Assembly (NCBI GenBank): GCA_031546905.1
Contig: JAVBJQ010000006.1
Span: forward strand, 3,632-67,631
From: Eubacteriales bacterium
GTDB taxonomy: Bacteria; Bacillota; Clostridia; Lachnospirales; JAVBJQ01
Length of the DNA: 64,000 nucleotides
Reading direction: 5' to 3'
Below, in pieces: positions 29,997 through 40,700 of this stretch. The position numbers were made by a program, and so were the translations under genes. The notes beneath the pieces were generated by a model. It was not told the origin of the DNA. It saw only the letters and a program-made list of their open reading frames with translations, and searched no databases. Position 1 is the first letter of the stretch, and every line of letters starts with the position of its first letter.

Positions 29997-30174
29997 ATTG
30001 AAGCCCCCCTCTTTTAAAAAATTTATTTTCTCAAAACTTAATTTTAATTTATTTTAATCAAATAAAGTGTTTGTGTCAATAATGTTTCGCAAATTTGCAA
30101 GAAAGTATATTTTGTCCTGCATTTTAAATAAATTTTACTTTTCCATTTTTATTTACACCCAAAAATACTTTTTT

Positions 30175-30291
30175 TGTGGATAAGTCTAAAAAGTTATCAA
30201 CATTATCCACATACTTATGCACAGTTCCAAGATTTTTTCAGAAAAAACAAGGTTTTTCTCGGTTTATACTTGTTAATAAGTATGTGAATAG
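30175..30291. promoter_or_regulatory. DnaA-box cluster
   Basis: TGTGGATAA 30175, TTATCAACA 30194, TTATCCACA 30203, TTATGCACA 30215; weaker TGTTAATAA 30271 and TGTGAATAG 30283. Confidence 0.85.
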
Positions 30292-30394
30292 ATATTTTTT
30301 CCAAATGTTGTTTTTAAACCGTGGTGTTATTTTCTACTTTTTATCATATATATATTTTAAATCATTTCCTACTATATATAAGGAGGAATTTTAT

Positions 30395-30616
30395 ATGGTA
30401 TCAAGAACCAACTGGAACTACCAATCAATTGATGACATCCCAGCACCTTTTAAAAAAAATTACTTCTATAAAGAAAATATTCCACAGTCTGATGAAAAAT
30501 CTGTGGAAAACCCGGACAAAACAGTGGAAACTACAAACTACACCGAAAAACTTTTTTCCAGTCAAGACAGTTTGCTTTTGATTTTGTTGCTAATGTTACT
30601 TTTTAAAGAACTGTAA
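30395..30616 (+). CDS. Small hypothetical protein with a C-terminal hydrophobic helix (73 aa)
   Basis: Strong SD AAGGAGG ahead of ATG 30395; ends DSLLLILLLMLLFKEL; followed by a hairpin. Confidence 0.65.
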   Translation: MVSRTNWNYQSIDDIPAPFKKNYFYKENIPQSDEKSVENPDKTVETTNYTEKLFSSQDSLLLILLLMLLFKEL

Positions 30617-30705
30617 AATGAAAATCGTTGAGAGAAAAATTTTTGCAAAAAATGTTCTCTCAACGAAACCTTTTCCAAATTTTTTTTTAAAATGTGGGTT
30701 AAAAA

Positions 30706-30734
30706 TTGACAAGCGTGTATGGCTATGCTAAAAT
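30706..30734 (+). promoter_or_regulatory. Sigma-A type promoter of the acetate transporter gene
   Basis: TTGACA-17 nt-TAAAAT with a TG extension. Confidence 0.7.
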
Positions 30735-30765
30735 TTTAAAAAAATATATTGAAAGAGGTTTTTTT

Positions 30766-31374
30766 ATGTCTAACGAACAAATAGTTAAAATTTCTTCGCC
30801 AGACCCATCAGCCCTTGGCTTGCTCGGTCTTGGTATCATTACACTAGTTGCTTCTTCCGCAAAATTAGGAATTACAACTGGTGTTTCTTATGTAATCCCT
30901 TGGGCTGTTTTCTTGGGTGCGCTTGCTCAGTTTACAGCAGCCATTTTTGATTACAAAAAAGGCAACGTTTTTGGTGCTACTGCTTTTGCTGGTTATGGAC
31001 TTTTTTGGTTTTCTATGGCCATGTCTTGGTTGATTAGCTTAGGTACTTTTGGAGAGGCTGCTGCCAAACAAATTGACCCAAAACAAATGGGCTTTGCATT
31101 TTTAGGCTACCTTATTTTTACATTGTTTATGACAATTGGGGCAATGGAAACAAACAAAGTTTTATTTATCATTTTTTGTTTAATTGATTTTCTTTTTCTA
31201 GGGCTTACCCTTACTACTTTTCAAATTGCAACGGAAGCTACTCATGCCCTTGCTGCTTGGTCTGAACTTCTTATCGCTATCTTTTCTTTTTATGCTGCTG
31301 GCGCTAACGTTTTGAACAATCACTTTGGAAAAACATTTCTTCCAATTGGAAAACCTTTTGGAATATTCAAATAA
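30766..31374 (+). CDS. Acetate uptake transporter (SatP/YaaH/Gpr1 family)
   Basis: PDPSALGLLG, GNVFGATAFAGYGLFW, six TMs, LPIG end. Confidence 0.88.
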   Translation: MSNEQIVKISSPDPSALGLLGLGIITLVASSAKLGITTGVSYVIPWAVFLGALAQFTAAIFDYKKGNVFGATAFAGYGLFWFSMAMSWLISLGTFGEAAAKQIDPKQMGFAFLGYLIFTLFMTIGAMETNKVLFIIFCLIDFLFLGLTLTTFQIATEATHALAAWSELLIAIFSFYAAGANVLNNHFGKTFLPIGKPFGIFK

Positions 31375-31443
31375 TAAAAATAAAGGCATATCATACTGAT
31401 ATGCCTTTTGTCACGTAGTGTAACTTTTAAAAGGAGTTTTATT

Positions 31444-32346
31444 ATGAAAAAAATAGTTACTTTGCTTTTTATTTTTGTATTCATTGCTTCCCTGACTTCC
31501 TGCAAATCAGAAACCACCGACAAAAATATAACCTTTGACGACGATGCTGGTCGAAAAATTATGATTTCAAAAGCAGAAAAAATCATATCCCTTCTTCCCT
31601 CTGATACGGAAATTATGTATGCACTGGGGGCAGAGGACAAACTAATTGGCGTTTCAGATTTTTGTAACTATCCGGAACAAGTTTCTGAAAAAAAAGTATT
31701 TAAAACAGGCATTGGTTTAAATGTGGAAGAAATTATTAGTGCAATGCCTGATATTGTTTTTATGGGGAAAATGTCACAAAGCCCAGAGCAAGCCCAACAA
31801 CTTGAAAATGCTGGCATTACGGTTATTATTACAGAACCTCATACCATTGAAGAGACTTACAAGTGGATTGAAGCCATTGGTATGATTGTTTCCCATCAAA
31901 AAGAAGCCACCAGCGTAGTAAACAATATGAAGCAACAATTTGACCAAATAAAAAAATTGGCGAAAGATTTGCCAGCCAAAAACGTTTACATGGAAATTTC
32001 CCCACTACAATATGGACTATGGACAGTTGGAAAAAATACTTTTATTCAAGAAATATTTGATATGACCAATATTCACAACGTTTTTTCTGATGTAGAAAGC
32101 TTTGCTCAAGTTTCAGAAGAGCAAGTGATAGCAAAAAATCCAGATATTATTTTATCCATCGTGGGAGCAGATAGCGACATGAACGCTTCTATTACAGAAC
32201 TTAAATCCCGCCCAAACTGGAATACCATTACTGCTGTTAAAAATGACGCGGTATACCATATAAATGCGGATATCCTTTCTCGACCATGCCCAAGACTTAC
32301 AGAAGGTGCTATGGAAATATTAAAAGCAGTTTATGGACTAAAATAG
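31444..32346 (+). CDS. ABC substrate-binding lipoprotein, BtuF/iron-siderophore class
   Basis: Lipobox LTSC; ISLLPSDTEIMYALG, EEIISAMPD, AVKNDAVY, SRPCPR. Confidence 0.88.
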   Translation: MKKIVTLLFIFVFIASLTSCKSETTDKNITFDDDAGRKIMISKAEKIISLLPSDTEIMYALGAEDKLIGVSDFCNYPEQVSEKKVFKTGIGLNVEEIISAMPDIVFMGKMSQSPEQAQQLENAGITVIITEPHTIEETYKWIEAIGMIVSHQKEATSVVNNMKQQFDQIKKLAKDLPAKNVYMEISPLQYGLWTVGKNTFIQEIFDMTNIHNVFSDVESFAQVSEEQVIAKNPDIILSIVGADSDMNASITELKSRPNWNTITAVKNDAVYHINADILSRPCPRLTEGAMEILKAVYGLK

Positions 32347-32483
32347 CAACAACATTTTATTATAACGAAACAAAAGGGTTCTTTCAAAATCACAAACCAA
32401 CAACGTTTGATGATTTCAAAAGAACCCTTTCTTATTACTTTTTGATCCCTATTTCTTCACGGGCTTGTACCACCCCGTATAGT

Positions 32484-33536
32484 TTAGTGTATAAAAATAA
32501 ATTTAAATATAATAACCATCACAATACCAATGGACATACAAATTGGAATTGTTAAAAACCAAGATGCAACCATATCACGCACTACAGCCCAACGTACAGA
32601 TGATAACCGTTTGGACGCACCAACACCAATAATAGTAGAGGTTACAACGTGAGTTGTACTAACAGGGGCACCTAATAATGTTGCACCTTGAATAACAAGG
32701 GCTGCACCAGTTTGAGCAGCGAAGCCGTCAATGGGTTGCATTTTTATCATGTTCATTCCTACGGTTTTAATAATTCGCCAACCGCCGACAGAAGTTCCTA
32801 ATGCCATAACGGTAGCACAAATAATAACAATCCAAATGGGTACTGCCCCATTTTCTGCATGATAAAATATATGAGGGATGGCTCCCGGATTTGATGTGGT
32901 GATGCTTATGAGGGCCAACATAATAATGCCAATGGTTTTTTGGGCATCATTACTGCCGTGTGAAAACGCCATAAGGGCAGCCGAAACAATTTGAAGTTTG
33001 GAAAACCATTTATTTACGGCACGTAAACTTAAACTACGCAACAACTCATACAGCAATGTCATCAGTACGTAGCCTGCCACTAACCCGATAAGAGGGGACG
33101 TAATCAACGGAATAATAACTTTATGGGTAAGTCCGCTCCAAATAACATGTTGGGTACTTAACGTATCGCCAATGGTGGCACCAACTAAAGCACCAATAAT
33201 CGCATGGGAAGAGCTAGATGGTATTCCAATATACCAAGTTACTAAATTCCAAACGATAGCAGCAATCAACGCCATTCCAATTACGTACACTTCCACTTTT
33301 CCAGACACAAGTCCTGTAGAAATTGTTTTTGCAACTGCAGCAGAGGAAAGCGCTCCATAAAGTGCTCCAAATAAATTTAAAAAGGCAGCCATCATAATAG
33401 CAGTCCGAGGTGTTAAAACACGAGTGGAAACAGAAGTTGCAATGGAATTTGCCGTGTCATGAAAACCATTAATAAATTCAAATGTCAAAGCTAATACCAG
33501 AATCAGCAAAAAGCTTAACATCGGAGCACTAGGCAT
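32484..33536 (-). CDS. Inorganic phosphate transporter (PiT family)
   Basis: NGFHDTANSIATSVSTR, PSSSSHA, HGSNDAQK, PVSTTH. Confidence 0.95.
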   Translation of the reverse strand: MPSAPMLSFLLILVLALTFEFINGFHDTANSIATSVSTRVLTPRTAIMMAAFLNLFGALYGALSSAAVAKTISTGLVSGKVEVYVIGMALIAAIVWNLVTWYIGIPSSSSHAIIGALVGATIGDTLSTQHVIWSGLTHKVIIPLITSPLIGLVAGYVLMTLLYELLRSLSLRAVNKWFSKLQIVSAALMAFSHGSNDAQKTIGIIMLALISITTSNPGAIPHIFYHAENGAVPIWIVIICATVMALGTSVGGWRIIKTVGMNMIKMQPIDGFAAQTGAALVIQGATLLGAPVSTTHVVTSTIIGVGASKRLSSVRWAVVRDMVASWFLTIPICMSIGIVMVIIFKFIFIH

Positions 33537-34149
33537 TTTTCATCACAATCCCTTCCACCAAATTTGCTACGTGTTCACAAGCATCCAAGGTGTTTTCAAA
33601 ACAATCATAAATACCGTTCCATCTTATAATTTCAATTGCATTGGTTTCGTTTGTAAAAAGGTTCGCAATTTCTTTTCTGTAGAGGGCATCCCCTTCATTT
33701 TCAATGCGATTTACAATAACGATTAACTCATGAATATCCTTATTGCTTTTTTGTGGTATTAACCTTATTAATTTTTGTAGGTTTACTACCGCTTTTTTAA
33801 TCAGTTTCGCAAACTGAACTGCTTCCGGTTTTACTGCCTTTACATTGTACACAGAAAATCGGTAGGCTGTTTCTTCAATTTGGTCAATAATATCATCTAT
33901 CGTTTTAATAATAATCAGAATATCTTCTCTGTCGATAGGGGTGATAAAAGCCAAATTAACTCGTTCAAACGTTTTGTGTACAATTGCGTCACACTTATGT
34001 TCAAGGTCTGAAATGCCTTGTATGTGCTGTTGCACATTTTTATAATCCGCTAGCATGGTCTCAAATTTCTCAGATGCCTCATAAACAGTATCAATCATAT
34101 TGATAAAATCTTCAAAGAAAACAAGCTCTTTTTTTGTGGTTCTTAACAT
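33529..34149 (-). CDS. DUF47 (PhoU-like) Pit accessory protein
   Basis: EHKCD, FITPIDREDI, ENEGD; directly upstream of the PiT gene. Confidence 0.92.
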   Translation of the reverse strand: MLRTTKKELVFFEDFINMIDTVYEASEKFETMLADYKNVQQHIQGISDLEHKCDAIVHKTFERVNLAFITPIDREDILIIIKTIDDIIDQIEETAYRFSVYNVKAVKPEAVQFAKLIKKAVVNLQKLIRLIPQKSNKDIHELIVIVNRIENEGDALYRKEIANLFTNETNAIEIIRWNGIYDCFENTLDACEHVANLVEGIVMKNA

Positions 34150-34288
34150 TTGTATTTTTCCTCCTTATGGCAAAACCTTGTGCTTCAATACAACTACGAA
34201 ACAAATTATACTATACTTATGGAAAATTTGAAATAATTAATTATTACAATGTACATTTTTTTTAAAATAGATTTTTTAGGTAGGTTTT

Positions 34289-34912
34289 TTAACCATGTAT
34301 TCTAGCAAAAGCACGCACAAAACTTGCTTCTGCTGCAATTTTTAAAGGCACTGCAAAAACCTCAAAAGATTCAACTTGTAACAACGCTTTTAAATTGGTT
34401 ATATTCTCCAAAATAAAAATATCTTCATTTAAAAGCATTTTGTGTATGTGAAAAGGAGGGAAATCGGGCGATGGCATATCCATCCCTAGCATTTTAATTT
34501 GTCTGGATTTTAAAAATAATCCTAAATTTTCTGCTACCACGGGATGCTGATGAAAATAAATATTTTCATCTTGATTCCATTCATCAAAACCAGTATAAAG
34601 AAGTACGATATCCCCTTTTGTTATTATTTTTTCATATGCTTCCTTCATTTCAATGGGATTTTCTCCTCGCACATCCAAAAGGACACCACGACCAAAAAAA
34701 TGTTCAATGGGAAAGCAATCGATGGTTCGGTCATCGGGTAACAAGTGCATGGGAACATCCACATGGGTTCCTGTGTGGAGATTTCCATGTAACAGAAAAG
34801 CATTATAATAATCATTTTCAAGGGTTTTATTTTGATATAGCTCCATTTGTACATCCCCTGGATATACAGGCGTATTACTACTCAAACCATATGAAATATC
34901 AATTGTTTTCAT
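34289..34912 (-). CDS. Cyclase family (kynurenine formamidase-like) metal hydrolase
   Basis: HTGTHVDVPMH, GMDMPSPD, ILENITNL. Confidence 0.88.
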   Translation of the reverse strand: MKTIDISYGLSSNTPVYPGDVQMELYQNKTLENDYYNAFLLHGNLHTGTHVDVPMHLLPDDRTIDCFPIEHFFGRGVLLDVRGENPIEMKEAYEKIITKGDIVLLYTGFDEWNQDENIYFHQHPVVAENLGLFLKSRQIKMLGMDMPSPDFPPFHIHKMLLNEDIFILENITNLKALLQVESFEVFAVPLKIAAEASFVRAFARIHG

Positions 34913-35071
34913 TTTTTACTCCTACACGCCAAAAAAATTTATTTCATCCACAGTATATCTTACTATGATAAAAATATCCATGGCTATTTTTTGCGTCCCA
35001 TTCTTTACTTTTTTATTTTTCAGTGTATAATCACTTAAAAATGACTTACAAAATTAAAAGGAGAAAAAATA

Positions 35072-36490
35072 ATGCAAAATAATAAAAACCGTTGGTTTAG
35101 TTTGTTTGTACTTGTGCTGTTGCCCTTTATGTCTACTTTAGATGCAAACATTATTAACGTAGCCTTGCCCACCCTATCAAAAGATTTAAACATTGCCATG
35201 GCTGATGTGGAATGGGTGGTTACCATTTACTTAATTGTCATTTCATCTACCATTATTATTTTTGGGAGAATAGGAGATTTGAAAAGTAAAGTCCTTGTTT
35301 TTAAAGGTGGGCTTTTTCTGTTTACCCTTGGCTCTTTACTTTGTGGACTTTCTCATTCCCTTTGGTTTTTAATTTTTTCCAGAATGGTGCAAGCTCTTGG
35401 TGCGGCCTGTGCTATGGCTACCAACCAAGGAATTATTACCCAACTATTTCCACAAAATGAGCGAGGACGTGCATTAGGAATATCTGGTATGGCGGTTGCA
35501 TTAGGAACCATGACGGGAGCTCCCTTGGGCGGTCTTATTATTTCTATTACCAGCTGGCACGCTATCTTTTTAGTAAATGTTCCTGTTGGGATTTTTGCTT
35601 TTATTCTTGCCATGAGAATTTTACCAAAAGAAAAAATTCAACACGGCGGTAAGTTTGATGTAAAAGGCGCTATTTTATATTTTACTTCCATTGCACTTTT
35701 GCTTGTTACCTTAAATATTTCTCAACAAATATCAAATACACCCCTAATTGTATTGGGGCTTGTCATTGCCATTGCCTTGATTATTACTTTTATTTTAGTA
35801 GAACGTAAAACAGAGCATCCATTGCTGGATGTTAATATCTTTAAAAATACATTGTTTTCATTAAGTATTTTTTGCTCCTTTTTAACATTTATGGCTATTA
35901 GTAGCTTAAATATTATTCATCCCTTTTACCTACAAGATATTTTATTGCTTTCTGCAGGAGCAACTGGTATCTTTATGATGATTTTCCCTATTGTTAGTTC
36001 TGCTGCTTCTCCTGTCAGCGGACATATGTCCGACAAAATTGGCTCTGAAATTCTTACGTTTATCGGGTTATGTGTTGTTGCGTTTGGGTTGTTTGGTTTT
36101 AGCTTTTTAGGGCAAACCTCTTCCCTTTTACTAATTGGTATTTTTGTTGTCATTGTGGCCTTGGGGAATTCTTTATTTCAATCTCCCAATACCTCCCTTG
36201 TTATGTCTACTGTACCCAGAGATAAACTTGGTGTGGCAGGTAGCACCAATGCTTTGTTTAGAAACCTAGGCATGACCATCGGGATACTTACTTCTACCAG
36301 TATCCTCTATAACCGCATGAGTGTGAAGCTTGGTCACAAAGTTTTTGGCTACATACCAGGAGAACAATCTGCTTTTATGTATGGTATGCACTGGGCGTAT
36401 GGAACGGCGGCACTGATTTGTCTTTTTGCTGCTGTGTTAACAGGTATTCGACTTCGAAACAATAAAAAAGCAAAAAGAGATAATTTATAA
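35072..36490 (+). CDS. MFS transporter, DHA2 (14-TM) type
   Basis: LDANIINVALP, GRIGD, ERGRALG, FLVNVPVG. Confidence 0.92.
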   Translation: MQNNKNRWFSLFVLVLLPFMSTLDANIINVALPTLSKDLNIAMADVEWVVTIYLIVISSTIIIFGRIGDLKSKVLVFKGGLFLFTLGSLLCGLSHSLWFLIFSRMVQALGAACAMATNQGIITQLFPQNERGRALGISGMAVALGTMTGAPLGGLIISITSWHAIFLVNVPVGIFAFILAMRILPKEKIQHGGKFDVKGAILYFTSIALLLVTLNISQQISNTPLIVLGLVIAIALIITFILVERKTEHPLLDVNIFKNTLFSLSIFCSFLTFMAISSLNIIHPFYLQDILLLSAGATGIFMMIFPIVSSAASPVSGHMSDKIGSEILTFIGLCVVAFGLFGFSFLGQTSSLLLIGIFVVIVALGNSLFQSPNTSLVMSTVPRDKLGVAGSTNALFRNLGMTIGILTSTSILYNRMSVKLGHKVFGYIPGEQSAFMYGMHWAYGTAALICLFAAVLTGIRLRNNKKAKRDNL

Positions 36491-36531
36491 AAAAATGTGC
36501 CTCAGGCTTATGGTCTGAGACGCATTTTTTT
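36490..36531 (+). terminator. Intrinsic terminator after the MFS gene
   Basis: AAAAAATGTGCCTCAGGC...GTCTGAGACGCATTTTTT. Confidence 0.7.
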
Positions 36532-36640
36532 ATGCAATAATCTTATTGTGTATAAAGAAATAATTTATCTATGACGAAATATGATATACACAAATGTTAT
36601 CATTAACAATCGAAGAATTATATTTGGAGGAGGCACTTAC

Positions 36641-37342
36641 GTGCGAATAGATTCTGCATCAACTAATAATAGTATTTATAGCAATGCAAAAAAAATGTTT
36701 CAAGAGCAACTCCCTGTTACGGATGAACAATTTGATAAGTTTTATGAAACCTATCAACAGGAGCCTTTGCAGAAAAAACAAATAGCTGATTTTTTTAAAC
36801 AAAATAATGTAAACCCAATGAGACAAATTGTTTTGGATTACAAAAAAGAAGAGATTTTAAAAGGAAATGACTTTTCTGCTGCCTTTTCCGTGACACAAGA
36901 TCGTACCAGTAGAGGAGATACAAATGCCGTTTCACTCATTCCCAACACGAAAATTGATTTGGGAAACGGAACTTATCTTCAAATTACAAGTAATGGCGTA
37001 ACAGCAAATATGCAAAATAATAATTCCTATGATGAAAATAAAATAAAAGAAGCCAATAAAATGGCGGGATCATTAAAATCTTTTATTCAGTATGCCAATG
37101 GTCAATCTGGTTCCCTTTACTTTGATAAGGACGCCCAATCTTCCGTAGCATCGGTTTTAAGCAAAATGGGAATAGATACCTCTAAAGACTTTTTGGTAAA
37201 TGGAGAAAAGTTTACTTGTAAAGACGGTAGTATGGTGAAAGCAAACGAAAGCGCTGGATATTCCTTGGTATCAAACAATATTACAAAACAAGTGCTACAG
37301 CGTACCATTGATAAATACACAAGTACTTTTAGTTATGCGTAA
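36641..37342 (+). CDS. Hypothetical protein, possibly DUF4885-like
   Basis: SD GGAGGAGG ahead of GTG 36641; 'LSKMGIDTSKDFLVNGEKF' resembles DUF4885 proteins (recall only). Confidence 0.55.
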   Translation: MRIDSASTNNSIYSNAKKMFQEQLPVTDEQFDKFYETYQQEPLQKKQIADFFKQNNVNPMRQIVLDYKKEEILKGNDFSAAFSVTQDRTSRGDTNAVSLIPNTKIDLGNGTYLQITSNGVTANMQNNNSYDENKIKEANKMAGSLKSFIQYANGQSGSLYFDKDAQSSVASVLSKMGIDTSKDFLVNGEKFTCKDGSMVKANESAGYSLVSNNITKQVLQRTIDKYTSTFSYA

Positions 37343-37498
37343 AAAAGTGTATTTATAATGAGCAATGTTTTACTTTGATACCCTATATTTTTGTTTCCAC
37401 TTGTTAAGTCATTTAATCTTCATTTATTCCATTTAAAAACGAATCCCCCCTTTACAATTAAATTTGTTAAATGTATAATATCGTAAATTAATATTACC

Positions 37499-37759
37499 GC
37501 TATGACAGGGACAATAAATGAAAATACTTTGAAGCGAATCGGGGATGGTGGAAGCCTGATATGTATTTCATTGAAAAATCACCCTCGAGCATCAAACCGA
37601 AAAATTATTTTAGTAGGCTTTGACGGTTTCCTTCCGTTATCAGGTTCATGAAGTTGGATTTATCATTTTACAAATGTATAAATCAAATCAGGTGGTACCG
37701 CGGAAGTTTATGCCCTTTCGTCCTGTTGAGTGTTTCTCACTGGACGAAGGGGCTTTTTT
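37499..37759 (+). ncRNA. T-box riboswitch, Ile specifier
   Basis: Stem I with GGTGGAA-type loop, specifier ATC at 37578-37580, T-box AGGTGGTACCGCG at 37690, terminator 37712-37759, upstream of ileS. Confidence 0.93.
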
Positions 37760-37790
37760 ATTTGTATTTGATTTAAAGGAGGTTTTTGTA

Positions 37791-40700
37791 TTGTACGATA
37801 AAGTTTCAACCAATTTGAATTTCGTCGAAAGAGAAAAAGAAATTCTTAAATTCTGGAAAGAAAACAATATATTTGAAAAAAGTATTGAACTACGAAAAAA
37901 TGAAAAAGTATTTACATTTTATGACGGGCCACCAACCGCAAACGGCAAGCCCCACATTGGCCACATTATTACCCGTGTTGTAAAAGATATTATTCCACGT
38001 TATAAAACCATGAAAGGTTTTAAAGTGCTAAGAAAAGCAGGTTGGGATACGCACGGGCTTCCTGTTGAACTTGAAATTGAAAAACAACTAGGCATTAGCG
38101 GTAAACCAGAAATTGAAAAATATGGCGTTGAACCATTTATAAAAAAATGTAAGGAAAGTGTATTTAAATACGAAACTGAATGGCGTGAAATGAGCGACCG
38201 TGTAGGTTTTTGGGCGGATATGGACAGCCCTTATGTTACGTATCAAAATAATTATATTGAATCTGTTTGGTGGGCGTTAAAACAAATTTGGGACAAAGGA
38301 CTTTTGTACAAAGGTCATAAAGTCGTTCCTTATTGCCCACGTTGTGGAACTGCACTTTCAAGCCATGAAGTGGCACAAGGGTACAAAGATGTAAAAGAAT
38401 CTTCTGTATTTGTAAAGTTTAAATTAAAAGAAAAACAAAATGAATTTATTTTAGCATGGACAACAACGCCATGGACACTTCCATCCAACGTTGCCCTTGT
38501 GGTAAATGCAAAAGAAAATTATGCAAAAGTAACCAGCAATGGTGAAACTTATATTCTTGCCGAAGCACTTCTTGAAACGGTTTTAACTTCTTCTTTTGAA
38601 AAATTAGAAACCATGAAAGGTAGCGACTTAGTTGGACTGGAATATGAACCACTTTTTGATTTTGTAACGCCAGAGAAAAAAGCGTTTTATGTAGTAGCAG
38701 ACAGCTACGTTACACTCACTGACGGAACAGGTGTTGTTCATACTGCTCCTGCTTTTGGTGAGGACGATGCCAGAGTGGGAAGACTTTACGATTTGCCATT
38801 TGTTCAACTGGTAGACGAACAAGGAAAGTTTGTTGATTGCGTTCATTTGTGGAAAGGTCTTTTTGTAAAAGATGCCGACCCTCAAATCATTGCCCATTTA
38901 AAAGAAACAAATAAACTATATAAATCTGCGGATTATGAACACAGCTACCCATTTTGTTGGAGATGTGACACACCCCTTTTATATTATGCAAGAAACACTT
39001 GGTTCATCAAAATGACAGAAGTTCGTGACAGGCTGTTGGCAAACAACCAAACCGTTAACTGGCTTCCTGACAACGTAAAAAATGGTCGTTTCGGAAACTT
39101 CTTAGAAAACGTAATTGACTGGGGCTTAAGCCGTGAAAGATATTGGGGAACTCCCCTTCCTATTTGGGAATGTGATTGTGGACACCGTCATGCCATTGGA
39201 AGTATTGAAGAATTACGAAAAATGTCTGATGCTGTTCCTGAAAATATTGAACTTCACAAACCATACATTGACAATGTATTTTTAAATTGCGAAAAATGCG
39301 GTGGCAAAATGAAAAGGGTAACCGAAGTAATTGACTGTTGGTTTGATTCTGGCTCTATGCCTTTTGCTCAATGGCATTATCCATTTGAAAACAAAGAAAT
39401 ATTTGACGAAAATTTTCCTGCTGACTTTATTAGTGAAGCAGTTGACCAAACGAGGGGCTGGTTCTACACCCTTATGGCAATTTCCACTTTAATTTTTGAA
39501 AAATCGCCTTATAAAAATGTTATTGTGTTAGGACACGTTCAAGACAAAGACGGTCAAAAAATGAGCAAGCACAAAGGCAACGTAATTGACCCTTGGTCTG
39601 TATTAGACAAACAAGGTGCCGACGCTGTTCGCTGGTATTTTTATACCAACAGTGCGCCTTGGTTGCCAAGCCGTTTTTATGAAGAAGCAGTAAATGAAGC
39701 CCAACGAAAATTTATGGGAACATTTTGGAATACCTACGCTTTTTATGTTTTGTATGCCAATATTGATAACTTCAACCCATTGGATTATAAATTAGACTAT
39801 GACAAACTTCCTCCAATGGACAAATGGATTTTGTCTAAGCTAAACACTTTAATTCAATTGGTAAGTGATAGTCTTGATGAATATAAATTAACAGAGCCAG
39901 CAAGAGCCATGCAGGATTTTGTAGACGACTTGAGTAACTGGTATGTAAGACGTAGCCGTGAGCGTTTCTGGGGAGCGGATATGCCTCAAGATAAGATCAA
40001 CGCTTACATGACACTTTACACCGTCTTAGTTACCTTAACAAAAGTATCTGCCCCATTTGTTCCATTTATGGCAGAGGAAATCTACGGAAACTTGGTTAAA
40101 AATATTGACAAAAACGCCTTGGAAAGTGTTCACTTATGTGACTTCCCAGAAAGCAACCCTGCCCTTATTGACTTAGACCTTGAAAAAAATATGGACTTAG
40201 TATTAGATATCGTAGTGTTAGGTCGTGCTGCAAGAAATACATCCAACATTAAAAACCGTCAACCAATCGGGTTAATGTATGTTTCTTGCGAAAATGCCCT
40301 TCCTGATTTGTATGTTGACATTGTTTCAGAAGAACTGAATATTAAAAAAGTAGTATTTACCAATGATGTTTCTTCTTTTACAACCTATAAGTTTAAACCA
40401 CAACTAAGAACCCTTGGACCGAAGTATGGAAAAATTGTTCCTAAAATCGGGGAAGAACTAAACAAACATGACGGCAATGAACTAATGAACAAGTTTAAAA
40501 CAGAAAAAGAAGTCCGCTTTGTAGTGGAAGGCATTGATGTTGTACTACTTGAAAGCGACGTTCTTGCTGAATCTGCTCAAATGGAAGGTTTTGTTTCTGA
40601 ATCTGACAAAGGCGTTACCGTTGTAATGGACACCAATTTAAGTGATGAATTAATTGAAGAAGGCTTTGTAAGGGAAATTATTAGCAAGCTTCAAAATATG

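Noticed and set aside
30176-30394. N-terminal part of ORF 30176-30616, and ORF 30321-30581
   Set aside because: Runs across the DnaA boxes and promoter region; the SD supports ATG 30395
37620-37790. N-terminal extension of IleRS
   Set aside because: This is the T-box antiterminator/terminator; the real start is TTG 37791
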